Shown in pieces: positions 38,598-48,086 of a stretch of 63,177 nucleotides of DNA. The stretch is from contig JAHFGL010000009.1 of NCBI GenBank assembly GCA_023247445.1, positions 1 through 63,177 of the forward strand, given 5' to 3'. The notes beneath the pieces are model-generated. The model ran no database searches. It was not told the origin of the DNA and saw only the letters and a list, made by a program, of their open reading frames with translations. The position numbers were made by a program, and so were the translations under genes. Position 1 is the stretch's first letter, and every line of letters begins with the position of its first letter. The stretch comes from Candidatus Omnitrophota bacterium. Lineage in GTDB: Bacteria > Omnitrophota > Gorgyraeia > Zapsychrales > Zapsychraceae.

Positions 38598-38661
38598 CAA
38601 ATATCTATCATCCCAAAAGCAGATTCTTTATATTCGCTATAATAATTTTATAAAATCTTGA

Positions 38662-39057
38662 TTACAGTCTTTTCTGAATCATGTTGAGAATTATTGATGA
38701 TCTTTCTTGATCACCAAAAACACCCACACGAACTTTAAGCTTTGCTGTTTTCTCAGTAAGAGCCTCAATGTCGACTTGAATCTTTTTGCCATCATTATCC
38801 ACAGCGCTTATATGAGCTACGTGCTGACTCAAATCATCGTCATGAACAGCCATTTTAAGTTTCTTTAAAGCAGCAAGACTCGCCCGATAAACTTGATCTA
38901 CAGGTTTATCAAGATTCTTTTCTGCGCTTCCTTTAACATACGCAACGCCACCAGCTCCCGCAGCCGCTCCAAGTAGCAAAGCAAAACAACCAGAGCTTGT
39001 TACAACAACGCCAACTAACAACAACATTAAAGTTAAATTCTTGATAGCTCTTATCAT
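38662..39057 (-). CDS. small lipoprotein (DUF3568-like)
   Basis: Lipobox VTSSGC after a hydrophobic signal. 131 aa. Confidence 0.6.
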   Translation of the reverse strand: MIRAIKNLTLMLLLVGVVVTSSGCFALLLGAAAGAGGVAYVKGSAEKNLDKPVDQVYRASLAALKKLKMAVHDDDLSQHVAHISAVDNDGKKIQVDIEALTEKTAKLKVRVGVFGDQERSSIILNMIQKRL

Positions 39058-39071
39058 GCGAGTTTCCTTTC

Positions 39072-40349
39072 CTATTTAAAGAATGTTTTTAACGTTAGGA
39101 TCAACTTATCCAAATCTTTTCTGGTATGCATGCTCGATATAAAAAACGCCTCAAGATCAGCGGGTGGCCAATAAATCCCCGCCTTTAATAAATGATGAAA
39201 GAGTTTTGTGTAACGCTCTGCCCCAGCGGCTTTTTGCGCATCATCATAATTTAAAACTGCTTCTTGGCGAAAACGGATACTCATCATCGATCGGTAATAA
39301 GATAAATGGGCTTCAATATTATGTTCTTTAAAATAGGTGTTGATCGTATTGGCTAATTCTTCCGATTTTTGATTTAGAATGCGATAGAAATTCTTATTTA
39401 GAAATTTTAAAGTCGCAAGTCCCGTTTTCATGACAACCGGATTTCCAGCAAATGTTCCGGCCTGATAAACACCGCCAAGTGGAGCCAAACATTCCATAAT
39501 ATCCTTTCGTCCACCGTAAGCGCCAACGGGAAAACCTCCTCCAATAATTTTCCCTAAACACGTTATATCCGGAATGATATTCATCTCTGTTTGAACACAC
39601 CCCGCGTGGGTGCGAAAGCCCGTCATGACCTCATCAAAAATAAGAACAATATTATTTTTCTTAGTCAACTCACGTAAAGCTCGTAAAAATTCCATGTTCG
39701 CTGGAATAACACCCATATTTCCCGCAACAGGTTCAATAATAACACAGGCAATTCGATCTTTAAATTGTGTAATTGTTTTTTCTAGGATCTCTACATTATT
39801 ATAGGGAAGGCTGATCGTGTTTTGAATATGGCTTTGCGGAATGCCAAGGCTCGAAGATTCTTTAAGTTGCGCGACACCGGAACCTGCCTTAGCTAAAAGA
39901 TCATCAAAATGGCCATGATAACAACCGTCGAACTTAATCAACATTTCTTTATTTGTAAATCCGCGCGCCAAACGAATCGCGCTCATCGTCGCTTCTGTTC
40001 CCGAGTTGACAAAACGAATTAAATCAATGGATGGTACATGATCAACGATAAATCGCGCCAAATCAATTTCTTCACGGGTGGTCACGCCAAAACTGATTCC
40101 CTTCTCCGCTGTTTTCTTCGCCGCCAAAATAGCGTTACGTGGCGCATGTCCTAAAACCAACGCCCCCCATGATAAACAATAATCGGTGAACTCATTGTTA
40201 TCATAATCATAAAGCTTGGAGCCACGGCCATACTTCATCACAATAGGATTTCCACCGACAGCACGAAACGACCGTACAGGGCTATTGACGCCGCCGACCA
40301 TGACGTCTTTGGCCTGTTGAAAATACTTATCTGAGTTGTTTGTTCTCAT
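39072..40349 (-). CDS. hemL: glutamate-1-semialdehyde 2,1-aminomutase
   Basis: Full-length HemL similarity (GGVNSPVRSF, FDEVMTGFR, PLP lysine in CLGKIIGGG). Confidence 0.95.
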   Translation of the reverse strand: MRTNNSDKYFQQAKDVMVGGVNSPVRSFRAVGGNPIVMKYGRGSKLYDYDNNEFTDYCLSWGALVLGHAPRNAILAAKKTAEKGISFGVTTREEIDLARFIVDHVPSIDLIRFVNSGTEATMSAIRLARGFTNKEMLIKFDGCYHGHFDDLLAKAGSGVAQLKESSSLGIPQSHIQNTISLPYNNVEILEKTITQFKDRIACVIIEPVAGNMGVIPANMEFLRALRELTKKNNIVLIFDEVMTGFRTHAGCVQTEMNIIPDITCLGKIIGGGFPVGAYGGRKDIMECLAPLGGVYQAGTFAGNPVVMKTGLATLKFLNKNFYRILNQKSEELANTINTYFKEHNIEAHLSYYRSMMSIRFRQEAVLNYDDAQKAAGAERYTKLFHHLLKAGIYWPPADLEAFFISSMHTRKDLDKLILTLKTFFK

Positions 40350-40359
40350 CGTGAAAATT

Positions 40360-40400
40360 GAAGATAGAAAATGGACAATGGATGAAAATAGATAGTGGAA
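40360..40400. repeat. left arm of the inverted repeat bracketing the four-helix-bundle ORF
   Basis: GAAGATAGAAAATGGACAATGGATGAAAATAGATAGTGGAA. It is loosely 7-nt periodic and is the imperfect reverse complement of 40814-40862. Confidence 0.7.
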
Positions 40401-40405
40401 TTAAT

Positions 40406-40771
40406 CTAAAACTTCTTCCAATTCTGCATTAATTTATAAATCATTGCACCTGTTTGTTGGTATCGACAACTAATTTCCTCAAATCTATGTCTGGATAAAT
40501 AATTTGATTTATATGCGAATTCTAACCACGTTAGAGTTTCTTCTGAAGATCCCAAAGCATCATTAAGATGTCGCGTAAAAACATCGGGATATCGACGTTT
40601 AGCAAAACCTTCCCGAATATTAACTGGGACTGACCGAGAAGATCTTCTAATTTGATCTACCAAAGAATAAGTTTCTTCCCTTGGGAATCTTTTTGTTTCA
40701 TCAAAGACTTCTATAGCTAAGTTAAATGATAGGTTATAAACTTCTAAATCATTACATTTTTGTATCACCAT
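40406..40771 (-). CDS. four-helix-bundle protein (23S rRNA intervening-sequence protein family)
   Basis: LEVYNLSFNLAIEVFDETKRFPREETYSLVDQIRRSSRSVPVNIREGFAKR is the signature region of this family. Confidence 0.85.
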   Translation of the reverse strand: MVIQKCNDLEVYNLSFNLAIEVFDETKRFPREETYSLVDQIRRSSRSVPVNIREGFAKRRYPDVFTRHLNDALGSSEETLTWLEFAYKSNYLSRHRFEEISCRYQQTGAMIYKLMQNWKKF

Positions 40772-40813
40772 TGTTTTCTCCTTTCATCGCATCGTTATCA
40801 TTCAAATCAATTG

Positions 40814-40862
40814 TCTATCTTCCACTCTCATCCATTTTCTATCATCTATCTTCCATCCTCCT
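40814..40862. repeat. right arm of the inverted repeat bracketing the four-helix-bundle ORF
   Basis: TCTATCTTCCACTCTCATCCATTTTCTATCATCTATCTTCCATCCTCC. Its reverse complement shares GAAGATAGA, AGAAAATGGA, ATGGATGA and GTGGAA blocks with the left arm. Confidence 0.7.
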
Positions 40863-40864
40863 CT

Positions 40865-41821
40865 CTATATCCATTTTAAAACCTCTTTCGCGTAATATGA
40901 AATTATAATATCAGCGCCCGCGCGTTTAATCGCCGTTAAACTTTCAATAACATTATCCTGTTCGTTAATCCATTTCTTGACGGCCGCAGCCTTAATCATC
41001 GAATATTCACCGCTGACACTATAAGCCACGATAGGTTGCGTTAATTCGCGTCGCAGTAAAGCAATAATATCCAAATACGCGAGCGCAGGTTTAACCATAA
41101 TAAAATCAGCACCCTCAGAGACATCTTGCTGGGCCTCTTTTAATGCTTCACGAGAATTGGCATAATCCATCTGATAAGTTTTACGATCACCAAACTGTGG
41201 GGAGGAATTAACGGCATCACGAAATGGGCCGTAAAAAGATGAGGCATATTTAACCGCGTACGACATAATTGGAATATTTTTATAGCCGCCATGATCTAAA
41301 TCTTCCCGAATCTGCTTAACGCGATAATCCATCATATCCGATGGAGCAACGATATCCGCCCCAGCCTGTGCATGAACAAGCGCCATCTTCCCTAATAAAG
41401 GAATGGTTTTATCATTATCAACCGTTTTGTTGTGAACAACTCCACAATGGCCATGATTCGTATATCCACACAAACAAACATCGGTGATCACTAAAAATTG
41501 CGGAAATTCTTTTTTAATGGCTTTGATCGCCTTTGGAATTATTCCTGATTCATTATAAGCGCCACTACCCAAACTATCTTTTGTGGATGGAATACCAAAA
41601 AAAATGCCGGCCTTACCACCTAGCTTTTGATACTGTTCGAGTTCTTTAAGCAGCTGATCCATCGAAAACCGATAAATCCCGGGCATCGACTCAATTGTTT
41701 CTTTTTTATTCTTTCCTTCTAACACAAAAAATGGCTGGATCAAATCTTCTTTCGTGAGCCTTGTTTCCCTCACAATGCTACGAATGACGTCATTTCCCCT
41801 TAGTCGACGAAATCTACCCAT
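40865..41821 (-). CDS. hemB: porphobilinogen synthase (delta-aminolevulinate dehydratase)
   Basis: Full-length HemB similarity, including the active-site lysine context MVKPALAYLD and APSDMMDYRV. Confidence 0.95.
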   Translation of the reverse strand: MGRFRRLRGNDVIRSIVRETRLTKEDLIQPFFVLEGKNKKETIESMPGIYRFSMDQLLKELEQYQKLGGKAGIFFGIPSTKDSLGSGAYNESGIIPKAIKAIKKEFPQFLVITDVCLCGYTNHGHCGVVHNKTVDNDKTIPLLGKMALVHAQAGADIVAPSDMMDYRVKQIREDLDHGGYKNIPIMSYAVKYASSFYGPFRDAVNSSPQFGDRKTYQMDYANSREALKEAQQDVSEGADFIMVKPALAYLDIIALLRRELTQPIVAYSVSGEYSMIKAAAVKKWINEQDNVIESLTAIKRAGADIIISYYAKEVLKWI

Positions 41822-43865
41822 AAATTAAAACCTCATTTTTATAACCAGCGTCCGCTAAAGCTTTACTCGTTAACGGTCCACGACTGATAATTCGCCAATG
41901 TTTAGGAATAGTAGAATAATCCGCTAAAAAATTTCTAACGGTTGATGGACTCGTAAAAAGTACTTTATCAATATTATCTTTCGGTAATGGACGCTTAACG
42001 GGCCTAATGTTTTCATAAATTGTTATTTCAAAAACGACGGCGCCCAACTTCGTTAATTCATTTTTTAAATATGGATTTGGTAACGATGATCGCGGGAAAA
42101 GAATATGCTTCCCCTTTAAATCTTTTTTTGCTTTGATCTCATTAAACAATCCTTCGCTTGTCTCAATTTTAGGAACTAATTCCGGTTCAAAACCATGTTT
42201 TATTAACTCTTCTCGCGTTCCGTGACCAATCACCCAAAAATTCTTTGTTTTAAGATTAGTCGTTGAATAATTCTGCTGGGCTAAGACTTTAAAGAAATTC
42301 TCTACGGCAAAACAACTCGTGAACAAAATCACGTCATGCCCAGAGAGGTCTTTGACTATTGACTCTTTTTGCTCATGGCTCAATGGCGCTTCTCTAATCT
42401 CAATCATAGGAAGATGCACCAAACGGCCTAGTGACTGATATTTTTCTGGATGGGCTCCTGTATACAAAATTGTTTCCTGATGGCAAGATTCTGTTTTATA
42501 AAAATTTACCGTCTCGCCAACAATAATGAGCACCGGAGCATCAAGTGGCTGGTCCTTAATCTTCTGCTCAATATCTTTAATTGTCCCTATCACAATTTTT
42601 TGATCAAGCCGTGTTCCCTTTGAAATGGCAATAACTGGGGTGGTCTCTTTCCAACGTACGTGTTTTAAAGATTTGATTATAACATCCAGTTTTGTTAAGC
42701 CCATTAAAAAGACAAGGGTTTCTACTTGCGGAATCGTTAAAAGATCCTCTGCTGAAGTTTCATCTTCCCCATGTGCACTAAGAAACGCAACCGATGAAGA
42801 AATCCCTCGCGCGGTCAGTGGAATTCCTAAATGCCCAGGGATGGCGGTTGCGGAACTAACCCCTGGGATGACATCAACATCAATGTGATACGCCCGTAAA
42901 TATTCAATTTCTTCAGCGCCGCGACCAAAAACGAGAGGATCACCGCCTTTTAATCGAACAACTCTTTTTCCTTCCATGGCTTTTTGTCGTAACAGTTTTG
43001 ACAATTCACTTTGCGGTAAGCTATGCGCACCTTTTCGTTTGCCGACGTAAATTTTCTCAGCTTTGGTCGCGTGGTTTAATAAATCCTTATGGGCTAAATA
43101 ATCATAAAAAACACACTCTGCTTCTTTCAAAGATTTGACACCTTTTATCGTAATCAAATCAGGATCACCTGGGCCAGCGCCAACCAAATAAACTTTTCCA
43201 TAATTGCGACGAATATCAATGGCCGCAAATAACTCTTTAAGATCATGATTTTCCGATCGACCCACGATCGCCAACTGCCCTTGGAGCGGTGTCGCTTCCC
43301 ACGGCATAATATCTTTAATCAAATGATCTAGCTTAAGTCTTTTAAGCGCCGCCGTTGCCACAATAATTCCATCACAAATGCCCTGGTCAATTAGTTTAAG
43401 CCGTTCTTCGATCGTCCCACGAATATTGATAACTTCAAACTGTGGGAATAATTCTTTAATCGATTTTTGTCGAACCAAACTGCTTGTTCCGATTTTTGCG
43501 CCTGGCTTTAATTCTCCTAATTTTGATTTACCAACAAAGGCGTCTGTGTCATCTAAACTTTTTGTCAAAGCAAAGATAGTTAAACCTTCTTTTAACTTTT
43601 TGGGAAGATCTTTGGCGCTATGAATGGCAACATCAATTTCTCTATTAAGTAAAGCGGCATCGATTGTATCCGTAAAAAAATCATCGGAAACGTTGGCCGT
43701 TAAGGGTGTTTTTTTATCTTGATCACCATTAGTTTTATACGTAGTGGCCTTAAAAGAAACACTAACTCCCTTTTGGTTCAGGAGGGATTTAATTTCCTCA
43801 ACTTGAACCAAAGCGAGATTACTTCCTCGAGATCCGACATTAATTATTTTGTTATGAGAAATCAT
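41814..43865 (-). CDS. tri-domain fusion: HemC-like (domains 1-2 only) / uroporphyrinogen-III C-methyltransferase / uroporphyrinogen-III synthase
   Basis: N-terminal part: VGSRGSNLALVQ...HSAKDLP...GTSSLVRQ...RGTIEERL. Middle part: VYLVGAGPGDPDLITIKG (SUMT). The C-terminal ~230 aa are HemD-like. Confidence 0.85.
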   Translation of the reverse strand: MISHNKIINVGSRGSNLALVQVEEIKSLLNQKGVSVSFKATTYKTNGDQDKKTPLTANVSDDFFTDTIDAALLNREIDVAIHSAKDLPKKLKEGLTIFALTKSLDDTDAFVGKSKLGELKPGAKIGTSSLVRQKSIKELFPQFEVINIRGTIEERLKLIDQGICDGIIVATAALKRLKLDHLIKDIMPWEATPLQGQLAIVGRSENHDLKELFAAIDIRRNYGKVYLVGAGPGDPDLITIKGVKSLKEAECVFYDYLAHKDLLNHATKAEKIYVGKRKGAHSLPQSELSKLLRQKAMEGKRVVRLKGGDPLVFGRGAEEIEYLRAYHIDVDVIPGVSSATAIPGHLGIPLTARGISSSVAFLSAHGEDETSAEDLLTIPQVETLVFLMGLTKLDVIIKSLKHVRWKETTPVIAISKGTRLDQKIVIGTIKDIEQKIKDQPLDAPVLIIVGETVNFYKTESCHQETILYTGAHPEKYQSLGRLVHLPMIEIREAPLSHEQKESIVKDLSGHDVILFTSCFAVENFFKVLAQQNYSTTNLKTKNFWVIGHGTREELIKHGFEPELVPKIETSEGLFNEIKAKKDLKGKHILFPRSSLPNPYLKNELTKLGAVVFEITIYENIRPVKRPLPKDNIDKVLFTSPSTVRNFLADYSTIPKHWRIISRGPLTSKALADAGYKNEVLIYG

Positions 43866-43928
43866 ATTTTAGGGGGATATTATATCACAAGACATTTTTC
43901 AAGGATGGGAAATTTCAGAGGCATTCGT

Positions 43929-46022
43929 TTAACTAGAATGACTATGTTCGATAAGTTTTTTAATCTTGGGAAGGAGTTGACGGGTGGCATCTTCACCGCT
44001 TTTAAGCAGCTCATCGACCCTATGGAGTTCAAACCAGTTGATCCCAACAAGATTTGGATGAATCACAACATCCGCTTGCTGGGCGCTTTGTTCAGCGATC
44101 ACATACTCACAGGCTTGAAGACTTCGAACGATGACATCAGAAATGTTTCCATAAATTATTCTCGAGAAGAATCTTGATATTCTAAAAACGATAAATTGCC
44201 ATGGAGCTTTAGAAAAAGGAATCTTTTCCTGCTCGCGCAGTTGGCGTTGTTCCAGATCAAACCCCGCGGAGGTATCTTCAGGAGACTGCAGCACATTAAC
44301 TGCAATAATTTTTTTGATCCCACGCCGGGCTAAAACATTTGTTGGTAAGGGATTAAGAACGCCGCCATCAATGATAATTTGATCTCTAATTTTAATTGGT
44401 CTAATAACGCCTGGAATCGAAATACTTTTACGCACCGCGTCAGCTAACGATCCGTCCTCAATAACAAGTTCTTCGCGCCTAATCAAATCATAAGCAACTA
44501 TTTTTAAAGGAATTCGGGTGTTATAAAATGTGCTGTTTCCCAAATGCTTTTTTAACCAACGCGTAATGGCATGCCCCGCAACCAGTCCATCGATGGGGAA
44601 AATAGGATCAAAGAGTTTCAACATGTTTTCTCGCTTTTCAAATTCACGTGCGACGATTTCAAGCTCAGCGGCATTTTTCCCAATGGCCCATAAACTTGCA
44701 ATCAAGGCCCCCATGCTGCTTCCCACGACAACATCAATTGGAATATTTTCTTCTTCCAAAACACGAATAACGCCAACATGAGCAACCCCAAGCGCCGCCC
44801 CTCCTCCTAAAACAAGCCCAACCATGACACCACCAATCTGACGAGCAATGCGCTTAACAGACTTCGTATATTCACTATTTTCATCAAATTGGTGAATGAC
44901 AATACCTTTGGAATGGATATCAGTTTTTATTTGAGATGGTTCGATTTGCGGCAAGACGGTGTATACATTAAAATTAATCGCTTTGTTAATTTCTTCATAC
45001 GACAAATACATGTGATTATGGGCTGAACGAATAATCACATGAAATTTTTCCATACGATAATTCTCTTTAAAGGCAGATTTAAGCCGTTCAATGACATTAC
45101 GAATCAGTTCCAAATCTTTACGCCGGTCTGCCGCAACCAAATGCACCATATCCGATTGATTAAGCGTCTCCAAAACAAAATCGTCCATATCATTCGGTAA
45201 ATCGACGATGACATAATGATAGGCGCCAACCAAGGTGCTAACCAAAGGACTAATTTGTTTTTTAAGGGCAGCATCTTTCGCATCAAAGGCAACGTTAAGA
45301 ACATCAATTTTAATATCGGTTTTACTGATACTGCCAAAAATGCGTTCAGGGTCACCGGCCACATCACGAATATCAATGGCACGGCCTAACTCTGGGGCTG
45401 TTTCCCCAACTGGTGCCGGCTGATCGTCATCTTGATTTTGAATGGTATGAATATTGACCAGGATAACTTTCTTTTTTGTTTCCTTCTCTAGATTAAGCGC
45501 CAAATTAATGGCATAGGTGGAACTCCCCGTTCCTTTTTGAGGACTATAGATAGAAATGATTGTACTTTCAAAGATGGATTTTGTTCCTTTGACTTGGCTG
45601 CGAATCCGCCGAGATAAACTTTGATTAAATTCAATCGCTAATTGCGGAACCGATTTTAACAGCGCATGAAAATCATCTTTATCAATTTTAAGGACGACGG
45701 AATCGTTAATAGCCTCAAAGTTAAGAGAATGATTCTCCCCGGTAAAAACAGAAATAATACCAAAATGCATTCCCCGATGAATAAATTCAACATTATCTTT
45801 CTGATCAGCCGGATTAAGCGTATACGCCTGAAGACGCCCGGAGATTAAACAGTAAAAATAATCGGCGGGATCACCTTCGCGACGAATAATTTCCCCTTTT
45901 TTATATTCCTGAACAACAGCGTTACGGGCAATCTTCTGAAGCTCAAACCAATGGAGCTTGTTGAAAATGGGGATTTGTTTAACGAGATTAAAACGATTGA
46001 TTATGGAATGAATGCCGGTCAT
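43929..46022 (-). CDS. cyclic-nucleotide-binding / degenerate MinD-CpaE-like / patatin-like phospholipase fusion protein
   Basis: cNMP domain (KKGEIIRREGDPADYFYCLISGRL). P-loop-like segment with no Walker lysine (SPQKGTGSST). Patatin motifs GGGAALG, GSSMG and DGG. Confidence 0.8.
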   Translation of the reverse strand: MTGIHSIINRFNLVKQIPIFNKLHWFELQKIARNAVVQEYKKGEIIRREGDPADYFYCLISGRLQAYTLNPADQKDNVEFIHRGMHFGIISVFTGENHSLNFEAINDSVVLKIDKDDFHALLKSVPQLAIEFNQSLSRRIRSQVKGTKSIFESTIISIYSPQKGTGSSTYAINLALNLEKETKKKVILVNIHTIQNQDDDQPAPVGETAPELGRAIDIRDVAGDPERIFGSISKTDIKIDVLNVAFDAKDAALKKQISPLVSTLVGAYHYVIVDLPNDMDDFVLETLNQSDMVHLVAADRRKDLELIRNVIERLKSAFKENYRMEKFHVIIRSAHNHMYLSYEEINKAINFNVYTVLPQIEPSQIKTDIHSKGIVIHQFDENSEYTKSVKRIARQIGGVMVGLVLGGGAALGVAHVGVIRVLEEENIPIDVVVGSSMGALIASLWAIGKNAAELEIVAREFEKRENMLKLFDPIFPIDGLVAGHAITRWLKKHLGNSTFYNTRIPLKIVAYDLIRREELVIEDGSLADAVRKSISIPGVIRPIKIRDQIIIDGGVLNPLPTNVLARRGIKKIIAVNVLQSPEDTSAGFDLEQRQLREQEKIPFSKAPWQFIVFRISRFFSRIIYGNISDVIVRSLQACEYVIAEQSAQQADVVIHPNLVGINWFELHRVDELLKSGEDATRQLLPKIKKLIEHSHSS

Positions 46023-47872
46023 TTTATAATTTCACTCTCCATCCATTCAAACTCTTTAGCCAAAACTTTTTTCGCCACAGATAAACTTTGCCGATCGTCG
46101 TTACAACAAACGGATTTTAGATTTGCCTCAATTCTACGACGTGCCGTTTGACAAAAAAGAACCGCTAGGTCAACGGAATTTTCCTTACCCTTTTCTTTCT
46201 TCACCAACATATCGGCATAAGCGCAGGCCGTTGCCATCGCAAAAAGCTCAACGCCAGCGTCAACAAGGCGATTCAAAATACCCTGCTTGGCTTCTAACTT
46301 TTTTTGATATTTCATCATTTGATAAAAAACCTGACGAGCTAACCGTTTGCTGGCGCTTTCAACATAAGCCATATAAGGTTGTAATCGATGATCAATATCC
46401 CCATACGACGAATACGAAGGCAAAAGCATCTTGGGATACCACGCTCCATAATAAAGCCCCATCGCAAGGATTGCTTTTAATTTTTGCGGTAAAGTTGTTT
46501 TTCCTGTTAAGAGAGGTTTAATTTTACTTAAATGCGGATCAAGGGCCTCCCGGGCAATAAATAAATGCATGATGTCGGACGTTCCCTCAATAATTAAATT
46601 AATACGGGCATCGCGCAAAACTCGCTCAACAGGCCAATAATCCATGCCACGCTTCCTTAGTGACTCGCTGTTTTCATATCCTTGGCCACCACGAATCTGC
46701 AATGTTTCATCAACGATAATCCAGCTATGATAAGTACAAAAATATTTGGCGATCGCAGCTTCGAGGCGAATGTCTTTCTTTTTATCATCAGCCATAAAAG
46801 ACGTGAGCCACGTCATTGCATCCATGGCAAAGGTATGGCTGGCGATGTATCCTAACTTAAGTGCCACCGCTTCATGCTCACCAATCCTAGCTCCCCACTG
46901 AACTCTTTTCGTTGACCACTCACGACAAACATGTAAGCACCATTTGGCAATACCGGTTGAGGCCGCTGGCAATGTTAAACGCCCCGTGTTAAGCGTCATA
47001 AGCGCTAATTTAAGACCTTCGCCTTCGCCTAAAATAATATTCTGTCGCGGGACTTTTACATTCTTAAAACGAATTACACCATTTTGAATTCCATGCAATC
47101 CCATGAATTGACAACGATGAACCTTCTCAATTCCCGGAGTATCCATCTCAACAATAAACGCCGTGATTTGTTTTATCTCTTTGCCCTTAACAATTTTCGC
47201 AGGCGTGACAGCCATAACGACAATGACACCGGCAATCAAACCATTCGTACACCAAAGTTTTTCACCATTAATGAGAAAATTCTCTCCACCATCGACAGGC
47301 GTTGCGGTTGTGGACATATTACGAGGATCCGATCCAGCCTCGGGCTCCGTTAATGCAAAAGCCGAAACAACGCCTTTGGCAAACATCGGAAAATATTTCT
47401 TCTTTTGTTCATCCGTTCCAAACAATTTAAGCGGCTGCGGAACGCCGATACTTTGATGCGCAGACAATAACACAGCTGTCGATCCACAGAAACTCGAAAC
47501 TAAATGCATGGCTCGATTATAATTGACCTGACTTAAACCAAGTCCTCCATCTTTCTCATAAATCTTCATCGCAAAGGCCTTAAGCTCACCTAAACCTTTC
47601 ATCACATGATCAGGAATAATCCCTGTCTTATCAACTTCATTGGGATCAAGATTCTCTCTTAAAAACTTTTCCAGCTTCTTAACATATTCATCTCCCTTGT
47701 GCTTTTCCTCTTCGGACTGTTGAGGGAAAGGGAAAATTAAATTCCAATCGACCTTACCATGAAATAATTGAAGGGCAAAACTTGGATGGAACCATTGAGT
47801 CTCCCGAGCAGCTTCAGCAAATTCGAGAGACTGTTTTTTCTCTTCACTGATATTTTTATCATACATGCTCAT
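46019..47872 (-). CDS. long-form acyl-CoA dehydrogenase
   Basis: ACAD N, middle and C domains (ALTEPEAGSD, IRGGQGY) with an extra C-terminal helical extension. 617 aa. Confidence 0.9.
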   Translation of the reverse strand: MSMYDKNISEEKKQSLEFAEAARETQWFHPSFALQLFHGKVDWNLIFPFPQQSEEEKHKGDEYVKKLEKFLRENLDPNEVDKTGIIPDHVMKGLGELKAFAMKIYEKDGGLGLSQVNYNRAMHLVSSFCGSTAVLLSAHQSIGVPQPLKLFGTDEQKKKYFPMFAKGVVSAFALTEPEAGSDPRNMSTTATPVDGGENFLINGEKLWCTNGLIAGVIVVMAVTPAKIVKGKEIKQITAFIVEMDTPGIEKVHRCQFMGLHGIQNGVIRFKNVKVPRQNIILGEGEGLKLALMTLNTGRLTLPAASTGIAKWCLHVCREWSTKRVQWGARIGEHEAVALKLGYIASHTFAMDAMTWLTSFMADDKKKDIRLEAAIAKYFCTYHSWIIVDETLQIRGGQGYENSESLRKRGMDYWPVERVLRDARINLIIEGTSDIMHLFIAREALDPHLSKIKPLLTGKTTLPQKLKAILAMGLYYGAWYPKMLLPSYSSYGDIDHRLQPYMAYVESASKRLARQVFYQMMKYQKKLEAKQGILNRLVDAGVELFAMATACAYADMLVKKEKGKENSVDLAVLFCQTARRRIEANLKSVCCNDDRQSLSVAKKVLAKEFEWMESEIIK

Positions 47873-48018
47873 ATCGGTTCTCCCCTTTCCGTTGGGCTGC
47901 GGACAATTTTGGCTCTTGGCTATATGCTTGATACTATTAAAGTTACAAAATAAAATCTTAACTTTAGTATAGTTGTGCTTCTTAACAAATCAACAACTCT
48001 CTCGAGAATTTTACTAAC

Positions 48019-48056
48019 AAAAAAATAAAACCTAGCCAATATTAGCTAGGTTTTTA
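48019..48056 (-). terminator. rho-independent terminator after the ferredoxin gene
   Basis: AACCTAGC...GCTAGGTT hairpin flanked by an A-run and a T-run, so a U-tract follows the hairpin on the minus strand. Confidence 0.6.
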
Positions 48057-48086
48057 AATATAAAAATTCAATTACGTAAACTCCGC

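Noticed and set aside
43719-44177. 152-aa plus-strand ORF, together with other antisense ORFs: 46123-46521, 55165-55533, 60189-60500, 23881-24183 and 33551-33868
   Set aside because: All lie antisense to ORFs with strong conserved-domain support. They lack recognisable motifs and are as expected by chance in AT-rich sequence opposite long genes.
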